Below are positions 38,001-50,600 of a stretch of DNA of 64,000 bases, piece by piece. This DNA is from Raillietiella orientalis. Taxonomy: Eukaryota. The position numbers and the translations under genes were made by a program. The number at the start of each line of letters is the position of its first letter. Position 1 is the first letter of the stretch. Location: positions 4,712,001 to 4,776,000 of the forward strand of contig JAYWIR010000010.1 in NCBI GenBank assembly GCA_036172245.1, given 5' to 3'. The notes beneath the pieces were generated by a model, which saw nothing but the letters and a program-made list of their open reading frames with translations, had not been told where the DNA came from and made no database searches.

Positions 38001-38618
38001 GAACAGTTCTGCTACTCATCAGCTGACCAGTATGCTACGGCCTGGGGGTCGAAGAAAGGATTGGCAGCAACATGGTCAAAAAAATCTCATTAGCCGAATT
38101 TTTGAAAGGCAGGACGTTTAGTGGATTACACGCCTTTCCACCCATCGTGAAACATTGTGAGGCGTTTCGCCACTTTTTGCGCTGAGTTTGCTGGAAATTC
38201 ATCGATGTTGCGTTTCTGCAGAAAGGCACTTTCCAAGAGATGATGAGCTGTAATCTCGCTTTTATGACCACGGTCGAAGCTGAAAGTTCATCGTGCATGA
38301 TTTCCGCGCCATAAACAATGATGTCATTATGGATCGCTTTTTGCGCGTTCGGAACTGGTATCCTCATTTCCGAAGAGCACAGAAACCGATATCTCGGAAC
38401 CGAAATCCTCAAAGAGTGGTAAAAATAGATTTCAGTTAAATGGCATCCCTGTTTCCCTTCAGCTTTGCTGAAGGACGCGTGGATGAATGCATTGAATTCC
38501 CCCAACGTCCGGAGACCAATTACTGTTATGAAAATCATCCCTGGATTTGCTCTGGGCAGTGCCCATGAGTTATCCATGAAACAGCACAATGGGCAGGGAG
38601 ATAGGGGCGCTAATGAGC

Positions 38619-41600
38619 TCATCGTTCAAGTGCTGCAGCAAGCAAGGACGCAAAGAGAGGGGTTTCCATCTTACCTTCGGCTGCTGCTTTGTTTTTCCAA
38701 AGCTGTCTGTTTTCGCAGATGTGTATTTTCCACGGCTGAGATTTCGAAACGTGGGAAGAATCTATGAACGCAAATAAACTTCCAGATTCGGGAGGGAGCG
38801 AAAGACTGCCTTGCCGATTACTCACTTGTGAAGGATTCCTCAGAATGAACGCGACGAGTTAAAGAACTGCCGTGCTCCGCGACTTGCAAACCGTTTATCT
38901 GGAGGATTCTGTCGATCATATCGTAGCAGATGACAGCGCTTGGTTCCAGGATGAAGTCGATGAATCCTGGAAAAAAGATTGCTTCCCTTTCCTGTGATAG
39001 TATGCAAACCTATTTGTGATTCTGCAACGTGAGTGCTTTTCCTGTCGCACAGTGGACTGTAAGGCAATCCAAGCTCCTTCTCCATGTCTCCCTGCCGGAA
39101 GAACTCTTCCAGAAGGAAACCAGTCCATTTGCTATGCAAATTCCAAGGTTTCGAAGGATGGGATATGTCACAAAAGTGTAAAATCAGGCACAGAGCTTTA
39201 TCCTTATCTATTCTGGAATAGAGATGGCGCTTTGAGAGGTCGCATTGAGAACGAGGATTCCATCAGTGTTTTCACTTTGCTTCCCGCAAAAGATTCGATT
39301 TTGTTCTTCCATTTAGTTAGCAGTTTCGATTTTTTTTTTTTTTTTGACCCTCCCATAGCAGTAAGAGGAAATGACATGAAACTTCCAAATCCTCCTACTG
39401 GCGATTTTGGGCAACCAGTAGTGAACTGCAAGCGGTTGTCTCATTGCACTAAAATTCACTTTAGAAAAAAAAAATTTGTTGGGTTTATCTTAGCGTTTCA
39501 TCAAGGCGTTCCGTAATCACAGTTTTATGATTGATTGTGGCTGACGTCCATTTGTGATAGCAAGTGTTGTAGGACTGTATAGCGACCTGCTTGTCCTCTG
39601 AGAAACAAGCACACAGAATCCTTGGGCACTGAGCGCTCGCCTCTCGTGCCTAAAGGATTCTTTGTCCGCAGAAATGCAGTGACTGATTAGTGGGTATCAG
39701 TAATCAGCGGCGACGGCAGCGCACCACTCGTAGGTGCCCGAAAACGTGTCATCAAAGTTGACGACTGATTCTAACTGAAGGTGCGGAGGAGTGTCCCTCG
39801 GCATGCAAACACACGAAATTAGATTTGCTGTGCAGCACGTACAAGATCTCCGGAAGCTGCGTGGAAGCCATCATATCACCCGACAGAAACGAGGAGGAAG
39901 AAAGAGGACAAATGATACTTCGGAGGTAGAGTGCCGGATTGTTTCGGAGTGTGACTAGGGAAATTTCCGAGTTGTCAGGAGAGAGCGCCATCATCCGTGG
40001 AATGTGACGGTTACAAGATACGAATCTACACAAAAATGCTACCACCGTGGCGACAGAAATGCAAGCAAAGGGGGAGGAGACAGCAAATAACGAACTGTTC
40101 GTGAGAGAATATTTGCTATTCTAAGGGATCCTCAGTTTTTGGATAACATCCTGCAGTGCATGGCATCTGTTTACACAGATAGTCAGCGTCTACAAAAGCC
40201 CTTAAAAACAACGAACAGAGTTGCGCGGGAGAAACCCCAATCATGTGATAAGGGCAAGAGTAGAGCGACGCGGACAATAGAGTGAAACTCTCACGTAAAG
40301 TAAAAGTCGTTCGTAAAGGTCACGCTCACATTAGAACGGAGGATGATGGATGCAGAGTCTGGGAACATAACAGATATAACTTCTATGAATAGAATACAAA
40401 TTTGTGGCAACGTCGTTCGACACCCTACGAGAGTGCTTTCAGTAAAGATTTGGAGCATTATGACATCTGAAGAATGATCTCTTCATTTCAAGCTTACTTG
40501 TAGGCCTTCGTCCCTACGATTGAGAAATTCTCAAGCTTCCCCTATTCTGGGTATCTTACTTTGGTTTTCCAAAGCCCGTTGGAGCTCGGTCGGGTTTCCC
40601 TCATCATTCCTTTCCGCGAACTTTGACAAGGAAAGCATGAAAACGGACGCAAGATGCATGAAACAAAGTAGCAAGCAGAGGATATTTAATGATTTTTGTT
40701 CAGTTTGGTACTCTAATTCATTATTATTCCCGGTAAATCTTTCTCGATGCTGTTTCGTTCCGAGAGGAAAGGATGTGCCTGGCGTTTTTTCTTCATTCAA
40801 AAGCGCGTGCTTTTTGGATGAGCAGTGAAAGGGGCAGAAGATTTATGTGTCTCGTCACTTCACCCAAATGCACCTGCACTACAGAGGAAGGCGAGCTTCC
40901 GGATGCTCATCACTGCAACTGCTTTAACTTTCGATAGAGTAGCTTTTACTAACAGCTACCTCAAGTAGGAAATGATATCCCTGTGTTGGTTAGAGAATCG
41001 GAAAGGAGAGAGGGGGGAACCTTCTCGTCCCTTTGCAATGATGCAGAGCACCTTCAACAATTTTATTTTATTTTTTTAACCCCGTTCAACACCCCACAAA
41101 TATTACATATTCAGCTAGCCGTGAGTACATACCCTGAATCAGGCACTGCTAAAAGTGATTTCATGGTTTTTATTTGCTGAAAGTGAGAGCTCATGTCGGT
41201 AGCCAACACCATGTCGATCACCAGTGCACGGAACTCCCTGTATTCTTCTTTCGTCACATTAGCAAGAATGTTGTATTCTTCTTGTTTCAGAAGTCTGCAA
41301 TGAGCGAAACAAACAAGTGGTACAACTTTCACAATAGATGAACGTGCGTTTATTGCTGTGTGCCCCAAGTCTCAACTCATACGAACTCACCAAAAGAGGC
41401 GATCTTAATCTGAAAAGCTTGTACATTACGAACCAACTTAAGATCAGTGAACGTCCCTTAGTAACCGTCCGTATCCTCGTCTGGATAAACAAGAGGACAT
41501 TCGACTACAGGCAATGATTTCGCGGTGCTGAATGCATCGAAATTCAAATGGTGGATCTTTATGAATAATGAGAACATGGTTCCCTTTTGAATAGCTCTGC

Positions 41601-44600
41601 TGCCGTAATTCTGAAGCTGGGACGATAAACAGAGGAACTCGGGGCGTCAGCATGAATTTCTGGTTCTCGGACCGAGAAAATCGAGTTGCTGTTCAAATCC
41701 ATGATTGCCATGGGAACCACGAATTCGTCTAACCTGTTTTTCAAATATCACCAAGTAGATTTACCATTCTGGATTCAGAGATTGCTGCGGGTTTCAAGGT
41801 AGCAAATAACGGCTTCCTTTGATTCCGCTTGAAAATCGTTTTTGTTTTTTCGAATGCTGCAAATTAATCATCAAAAATAGCAGAATGATTTCGGAAAACA
41901 TAACAAGAGGAACGGAGTTTTTTTTTCAGGCGGTTGACTTCTGTCTCTCACCCATGGATACCACGAATAGTGCTTTAGCTCAAACGACTTTATAAATAAA
42001 TATATATATATATATCAAGCTAAGAATTGCTTTTCTTCCTTCGTTCAGAAAACGAATCACAAAAACAGCTGGAAATGCGATGATTGTCAATATGCTTTTC
42101 AGGTGACTGATGTCCCTAGGACAGCGGAAACCGATTTTTCCAGCAGAAGGCGCACGAGTTATTTAGAGTATGGTGAAGGAAACCTTCAGATTCCAATAAT
42201 CATGTTTAGTAATAGTTATTAGCGTCGAAGTAATTTCCTGTCCATCCGTCTGCGTGAGTTCCGACCATCCTTTTTAGCACATTCAAATTGACATACTGAT
42301 AATGGAAAAAGCAGAAACATCTGAACCTGAACTCTTGAAGTGGCTTCGATTCCACGAGCTTAAACCGAAAAGACGATTTGCCAACAGCACTGGCAGCGAG
42401 AACCAAAACGTTTTCTCGTCATCACCATGCCTCCTTTTCAATGGAAGAGTCTAAAAGGCTCTCCAAAGTACTGAAGAGCTGCAATTGGTCCATATGGAGC
42501 AGCCAAGTTCGACTCGCTTTCCCCTTTCATCATGAAGGAGACACGTCCTGACGGCACGTGTTTGCAAGCTAGAGGACCAAAACCCTTAGGATGATAAAGA
42601 AGGGTGATAGCGCGGTGCGTAGAAAGCTGTAAGCGTCAGAGGGGAAGTGCGTGGATGGCAGAATAAACGTGGTTGACACAACGGCGATCCGGCCGTCCGA
42701 CGACTGCGGCAACAGCAAGAAACGCTAACCAACTCAGTGCTGCTGTTCACAGCCAAGCAGGTCTTTTTCTCCTGCTCCTACCGCCTCTAGTTCCAGACCC
42801 GGGTACCTGAACATACATGAAACCTTTGGAGCATTTCGGAGTTCGATCTGCAAGCGCCTCACAGGTTGAGCGCTAAACGGAAACTCGTGAAGACAGTGAG
42901 CGCAATTTGCGCAACGGCAGTTACGGAGAAGAAACCGGGTGGTAGTCAACCGAAGACCGGAAGTGAAGATGTGCCTCTACGAACTTGAAAGCTAGCAGGA
43001 ACATGCATTGCAAAGACGCGCCTTCCTTATTGTTCAGTGCCATCAGTCGCCTCAAAGGCTGAGAGGCGATAGCCTCTCAGTATTGGAAGCCACGTGGATG
43101 TTATTACGGTATTTGAAATATCTGAAGATCATAAGGACAGTGGAGAAGTTAGAAATGCAAGGCACTGTGCCATGCTAAAAGAAAAACTTGCTGTGATTTA
43201 TCAAGTGGTACTCTGTTGCAGCACGAGAACCTTGTTATGCTGATACGACCGTGAAATCGATTCGGAAACTCTATTTAGAACCTCTCTGCCTCATCTAGAA
43301 TACAGTGCTGGACTCTCTGCTTTTTGACTACCTCATTTGCGGCCTCCCGAAAAGCCACACTGCGTGAATTCAAAGGGATACGCAGTTAGCTTGATGGGAA
43401 AACCGTTAAGCCGTTATCTTAGACGACACGGAAGGCATCTCGAGAAGCCAGCGGACGCTGCAAACATGCTGCAAGCTGTGTCTCCTTCATGTGATCGAAC
43501 ATAAATTGACCAGCAGTTCGCCAATTTACTCACATCAAGGTCGGCAAACCGGGAGAGTCCTACAGTGTAGCGAGGTGATAGGAACTTGGCAAAGTGCACG
43601 GGAAAAGTGATCCAGAAATTTACATTACGGCAGTAGCCTGTCCAGCTCATCCCGGAACGAGAAGGAGGCGAGTGGTAAGATGAGCAGTTTGTGAGTTCAA
43701 AGCTGAAAGAGGACGTGCTCTCGTCTCGATGCAGCATTTGAAAGGAATTTCGACAGAACACAATCAGCCAATGGAAACGAACGCACAGGATTTAAATCAC
43801 CCCCATGACAACCTTTGTGTCAGACGAACTATGATCATGCTGGAAGGAAAAGAATACGTTCCCAGAAATCGAAATCTTCAACGAGGAAAGGGATTTTACG
43901 CACGTTCGGATCTAGCAACGGAATTCATTTTTCGCAGCATTTGTGGGGAACGGAGAGTCAGGATTATCAAAAGCCCCCTCCCCCTTCCCCCTAAAATGGC
44001 AATTGCTCCTCTGGATGTCCGCCTGATGAGCGGTCGTTCTCCTGACCAACAGGCCTTGCAGTTCGTCGTCCTCTTCTGGGAGACCGTACGTCAAGAGCGC
44101 CATTCGGAGCCACTTACAGCACGCATCGGAAGAGTTCTAAAGCAGCTCCAATGAATGTGGAAAGAGAAGATTTAATAAGACAGCTTGCTGCGCTGTCAGT
44201 TGTCCGTCGCTTTTTAGAGAAAAAGGATTCTTGAGAGCTTCGCCTGACTGCACCGCAGCCTGAGAAAAGGTATTCCAGAAATAGCCACATGAAGCCGTCA
44301 CCCCCATTTCAGGGGGAGGACCCTCCATCTAGCATCATTGAGCTGGTTGATGCCTCTCCAGAGTGTCAGAAGCGCGCTGCTCCCTTCGGGAAGCGCCATT
44401 CAGAGAAATTCCGAAGCGTCCGTTCGGGGTTCTCTTCAGAGGAGGAAACAAGGAGTGGTTCCCTTGCGGATTCCCTTCGGAGAAGAAATGAGGGTCGGCT
44501 CCCTTCGATGTGTCCCCCGGAGAGAACAAGGAACCTTCCGGGTTCCCTTCGAGGTCTCCTCTCAGGAGTAAGAGGAACGGACTCCTTTCTCCGGAGCCCT

Positions 44601-47600
44601 TCTGGATTCATAGGGTGGTCCCCTTTCGGGGCAGCCCCTAACATGAAGAGTTGTCACACGCACCCTCTGTTGGCGCGGAGCATGCTGAAGAGCTTCGTGA
44701 GCCGCCAGGAGAACGGTTCTTCAGTGCTTAGCGATTCAAAAAAATGAAAACCAGAGAGTATAATAATAAGAAAAAAGAGTTCTACTAGCAGGGTGCCTTT
44801 CGAACGCAATCACCATGGGCTCTCGGAACCGTCTCTACGAAGTGCGTTGGAGAATCGGCTACTGGGATTCCGGAGCAGAGAGAGAGAAGCGTGTGTTTAT
44901 GAAGAGCTCAGAAGCTCCCGTTATTACTTTGTGGATACGCTGCTGCTGCTGCTTTGCAGGGCATTTTCGTGGCCTTTTTCGTGGCCAACCAGTGCCCTGT
45001 TACTTTCCCTTTTGTTCACTATTTCTTGATGGTTCCTCATAGAACCTCAGCTGCCTAATCAAGCAAGGTGCAGACCAATCCTTTCACAAGGAGCACAAAA
45101 AGCTGACCAGCGTGCCAGCACACGAGATTCGGCGCTCTCACGGAATGAAGATTGCTCAGCCAGTTTTCCGGAACGGAGTCATCCCTCTCAGCTGCATTAT
45201 TAAGGAACCAGACGAACATGGATAGTCTGCAAAGCAATCGTTTTGAGGCACTACCACTTGGTTTCCCTGAGAGAAAGCTTCCCGAACCGTTGGGCAGGTG
45301 GGTCAGAAAGCCAAGTTAAGTGGATGAACCCAGCAGGACTTGCTGGCACGAAGGAAGGCTTCTGAAATCCCTTGAATGTAGAACAGCATAAGCTGCGTTC
45401 TTCTTCAAGCAGACTTCAGCTGACTGATCGCGTGGTTTCCAGAAGCACCAACTTTAATTTTCTCGAGCTGGTTGCATGCCGTCTCCAGGCAGCAACACAT
45501 TTGCCAGATACTAAAGCTCAATTGACAAAAATGTTTCCATTCAGTTATCGGATGAGGCTGCAACATCGATAGGATCAGCTGTCTTACGAGTTTATTTGAC
45601 AATTTAAGGAGAACAGCATCCGACTTCTCGTCGCCAAGACCACCGAAGTGATCACGGAATGTGAATTTCAGAATTCCAGTCCAGAATAGACTTTTAGAAC
45701 CTGATCGGATCTCGGTCTCCAGAAACGGCTCTGCGCTTTTCGTAAGAATCGGACTGCAGGAAGTGCTTTCGTAGGAAAAACACTCGGGAACGATCGGGAA
45801 GAGCAGAAAAGGCAGGCAATTCCCGTTCCAATAAAGTTCTGGGTCATCTGTTTGGAGAACGCTGAGGTCTTGTTGTTGAAGGACCTGTGACTAAGTCACC
45901 AAGGTACAAGGAGCGAGACACGCCCAAAGTTAGCAGGCCCTTACAAGGAGGCGAGACTCGGGAGAGTGCGCGCCCTGACCGCTTCGATTGGCGATGGAAA
46001 GAGATAAGCTGATGCGCGAGTGATAGACACACCTACAGGGAATTATGGAAACTGCGGATGCGCGGAGCAAGAGATGCAACGACATCGATGCAGCGCGGAA
46101 GCAGAGTACCTTTCGGAAAGACTTTCGATCTTAAGGGATTGCATGGAAGATCGAGTGAGCGTGCTGCTGTCAAAGAAGGGCAGCAATCTTTTAAGCAAGA
46201 TGGAGGGCTCTCTTGAACCCGGGAGCTCGATCGTGAATGAATATGAATCACCAGATACGGGATCATGGAGGCGGAGCAAAACACCGAGAAGAGTGGAAAC
46301 CCTCGTATCCAGCAAGATTCGTCAGTCAGGACCCAGGAGGACGGGAAGCAGTGAGGGACGCGCAGCTTCGAACGGGGATTCATCCATCTGCTTGCTAGGA
46401 AAGAAGACGCCTTCGTGTCTTCCGGCAAGGACCCGACCTCTGAAGAATCGTGGGTTCCAGAGATCACCAGCAGGATTATGAGAGCTGCTGTTCTTTCGAA
46501 AGAGATAGAAGCTTCCTGGAACACCATCGAGATGAAGCGGGTGATGGCCAAACGGGGAAAGGGAAAGAGGAATCGACCGATGCATCAGGCGCGCGTGACC
46601 TTACGAGAGACGCATCTGGCAAGGAACAAGAGGCGGGAAGGTGTGCTGGTCCGGAAGGGAATTCTGGGAAGCTGCTCCCGTTTTCGCGGAGCAGATTTGT
46701 TAATATCATCTATTACCTAATAGAGCTTCGGACTGCGGAGCAAAGAGCAGTTGACTAGGGAGAGGGACCTCTGAAACTGGCCGAGGCAGAAGCAGTAAAT
46801 TTCACTTGTCATCTAATTGGATGCTGCAGACGAAGACAAGAAGCTGCTTGCTCTTCGAGTAGCAGACAGGGGGAACACGCTAGCTTGGGATTTATCCGTG
46901 TGATCCCAAAGATTCCTCCGGAAGACTCTACGAGCTTGCAGCAGCCTAACTGGAGCGTCACGCGTCGTGCCGAAATCCGCGAAGGGTGACCCCAGGCAGC
47001 GAGTCCGCGGAAAGCAATACCGGCGGATCTCCGCGTCGCGACGCGAGAGCGGTGGGCGTTTCCGGTGACGAACAGCTTCTGACGGCTCCTCCTCGGGGCC
47101 AACGGCGCGGCGCGGCTAGGAACAAGCAAGTCCCCTAGGTGTTAAGACAGTGGGAGACACACCAAAGGCTGCCTTGGAACAAGGAGTCTGTTGCCTGGAG
47201 AGTGTTGCCCGAGAAAGGAGTGCCAGCCTCGAGATGAGTTGAAGAGGCACTCGAGCCAGCAATGACCCACAGACACGATGCACAGATACAAAGCGGCGAG
47301 GTTCCTTGAAGCAGCGAAGCTCCTTTGCCTGTGGTTGCCAAGTCTGCCGCTAGGTGGCATGTGACTTCCTCGAAAGTTGTAGCTCCGAGCTGCAAAGTGT
47401 CCTTTCGCGCTTCCGGCCCATGACGGAAGGCGCTTGGAAACAGCATCCCGTATCTGGATCCTTGGGCACGATTTCCTTTTCTGCCTTTCTTTCCTCATGC
47501 CAGTCTTCTCGTTTTGTTCAGTGTGACGCGCCTCCCACGCAAGGCAGTAGCTGGACCCAGTGCGACAGAGTGCCGAATGTGGCTGTCCTTCCCTTCGGGA

Positions 47601-50600
47601 GCGGCTGCAAGTCCCCAGCTGTAGGTCTGAAGTTTCGGGAGAGACGAAACGGAACCAGGAAGAAAGAAAAAGAAAAGTTAGTCCCGGACACCAGGAAGGG
47701 GAGAGCCGCTCGAAGGTTTCAGTTTGCCAGGTATCGGCGGAAAGAAGGTGGAGCCGCGGTGCCGCTTTTAAGGAGTCAAAGTTCCCGCTTCTCGGAGGGC
47801 ACGAGATGCAGAGAAATGGAGTCAGATGACCACCTCGCAACGGCGAGATTCCCCTGGCCAGGAAAAGGCTTTCCGACAGAAGGGAGCACTGTTTATCCAG
47901 AAGCTTAGAGGAGAGAACAAACGGCTCCCACCGTCACTGGACACTGCGTGCAGAAGCTCAGCATAAGATTGCCTGAAGTGCAAGACGCGGTCGCGCAGCA
48001 GTGGGGTCGAAGAACTCACTATCGTCTATGTCGGCAGCGATGACCACGGAAAACAATCTCCGCGACTTCGACTGCCGTGCTCGTTTCCGCTCGCCTCACC
48101 CATGCTTACTGTCCCACTGCCTATTCCGTCCCGCTGGGTGGGTGTGCTTCAGGCCGGCAGGCCCGCTCTTTCGTTGGAGCTCCACGGAGCCCTTCGTAGA
48201 GGCGCTGGGGATTTTGAGTCCCCGGATAACTCCCTCGCCATACACTTCGGCCAGTAGGCAGCGTGGGCCGCTTCTTGTCGGTTCCTTTAGAAGGCAAGGG
48301 ATGCCCCCCGTCTGGAGCAAAGCCACAGGGGCGCCGCGGAACTGAGACGAGACCCCTGGTCCTCTCTCCGACTTCTGGGGAGAACACCTTTCGGTGGAAG
48401 GCCTTTTCCCTTTTCCTGAGCCCGCCGTGGCCCATTCGGACGGACCCCGCCGGCGAGACCGGGGCCCTCGCCGCATCTTCGCGGAACAGCATGGGCTCCA
48501 AACTCAAAGCGCCTCCAGAGACGCGCCTTCCTGAGGAACCGCGTTCCCTATAGTGACCGTCTTCTGCAGGCACTCGGAAGTTTTCTCGCTACCTAGAGGG
48601 ACGACGGATTTTTATCTCCGGGAGAGAGTTTTTAGCGGTAGGAGACTGCCCAGTGGACGCTCCGGCTGGGCAGAGGCGGTGGCCATTTCGAGATAGTCCG
48701 AGGATTACGCGAAAGTGGAAAAGTGAAAAGGATAGAAATGTAAAGGAAGAGAGGAGAAGGTGGAGGAAGGAAGGAGGTGAAGGAGAAAGAGAGAAGAAAG
48801 GGAGGAGGAGGAGGAGAAAGGGAAGAGGAGGAGAAAGAGAGGAGGATTTTCCGTTCCCAGGACTCCGTCCACGGTCGCTTTTTGACCCCTCGAAAAAAAG
48901 GGAGAACATACGGGAGTCCCATGAGCAGTCGAATTGCCTGGGAGTTTCCGTGGGGAAAAGATGACGCGGTCTCTTTTTGGATCACCTAGCAACGAGGAGG
49001 GGAGAAAGGAGAGGGGAATAGCCTTCTTTCCTTCCGCCATTTTCCCTCCCTCCCTTTCCAAAGCAGCCCTTTCTATGCAAGCTCCACACCCCTCCCTCTC
49101 GTCCCGGCGGGCGCCCTGCTCACCTGAACGCCGCGCTCACGTGGTGATTCTCCAGCACGGAGCGGTCGTTGTAGAGGAGCGCCGTGGGAGTGCCCGACAT
49201 CACGTGGAAGTTGTTGGTGGTGCCGCTGTGCTCGAAGTCGTGTATGAGTGCGGCGAAGAGGGTGGCGAAAATCTCCAGGTCGGAGAGCCAGTTCTGTGGT
49301 GAGGCGGGGAAGGAACACCGAGGGAGGAAAAGCAGATGACACGGACTTCCTAGACGCTGGTCGTGCGCTTGGGTGGGCAGATTTGTCCCGGAAAATCTTA
49401 GGAAGGGAAAGGACGACAGGAAGGCGCAGGAGCGTCCCCGCGTGCCGGGACTTTCCGGGAAGTCCCGGAAAGTCCCGGCACGCTCCTCTGGAGTCCCGGA
49501 GCAGAAGTCCCTCCTGCGCACAGCAGGTCGGCGGAGAGAGGAGTGCTCCCGCGCCTCGGGCACAGAAACCGAGGTCGGCACCTGGAAGGCGCTCGAAGCG
49601 ACCTCCGCTCGCTGGGCCGCGCAGTCGAGAGATGGACGGGTCCCCTCCCTTTCGTGCGCCTGGGCCGGATCCCCATTACTATCTTCGCTTGCCAAGGGGA
49701 CCAGAGAAGGGCTGCAAGGAGCAAGCGGGAGCCGGCGTCGTCGGCCTCTGGTCACCAGGGGACGACGACCAAGGAGGAGCGGGGTCGCGCCTGTTACGCG
49801 CGACGCCGACTTCACGCGCGCGCCGGCCCTCGGTTATGAAACTGCGCGGTGGCGAATCGATGGCGGCCTTCAAAGAAGGGTTGAAGATGCGGGGGAGGGG
49901 GTTACGGGCAGAGAAGCGCTCGCAAGTGCCACTCATGCGGACACTGTGAGTTTCTGGACGGCAGCTGCTGGACCGAAAGCTACCCTGAGGTTTCCTTCTG
50001 TCCGCCTGCCATCGTCCTCGGCGCCGCCTCATGGCACTCCGGGAAAAGCCCACAGCCGACAACGCAAAGAAGCGGGCTGCTGCGCTTCCGGCGATACTGA
50101 CCATCAGGCCTGAGCTGGACAGGATACAGTGGATGGTCTGGGTGACGTCTGCTGCGTGGATGTTGTTGTGGTACGGGTTCTTGTGCTTGCAGTAACCCTC
50201 CTCCAACTGATTAAGGAAGCTGTCGAGCGCCGCCGGAGGGATCTGCAAACCGAGACGGTTATGTGAACAAACGGAAAGCAGGGTCACTCGCAAGGAGGGG
50301 AAATGCCTCGGGGGGAAGCCACCGCCCTCGGATCTCGGGAGCGACGCGCCACGGAAGTCTGCGGACGACCACGGAAACGGAGGTGGTGAGCTCAACAACG
50401 CGGGTGGAGGGAGAGGAACGGTTCCCCGATCCTTCTGGTCACCTCTGGATCAACGTCTCCACCTCTCCGAGATCTAAGGGGGTCCGACGCCCTCCTCTCG
50501 GAAACCTCGCCGGAGGAAGGGTTCGCTCCCCTCCTGCAGGCGGAGGCCGCGCCGTTCTTTCGAATGTTCTCCGCGCCAATCCGAGTGCATCTCAGTCGAG

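Noticed and set aside
49120..50400. Long (230-250 aa) overlapping ORFs on both strands
   Set aside because: By-product of very high GC and palindromes; only the two embedded PDE1 exons look coding.
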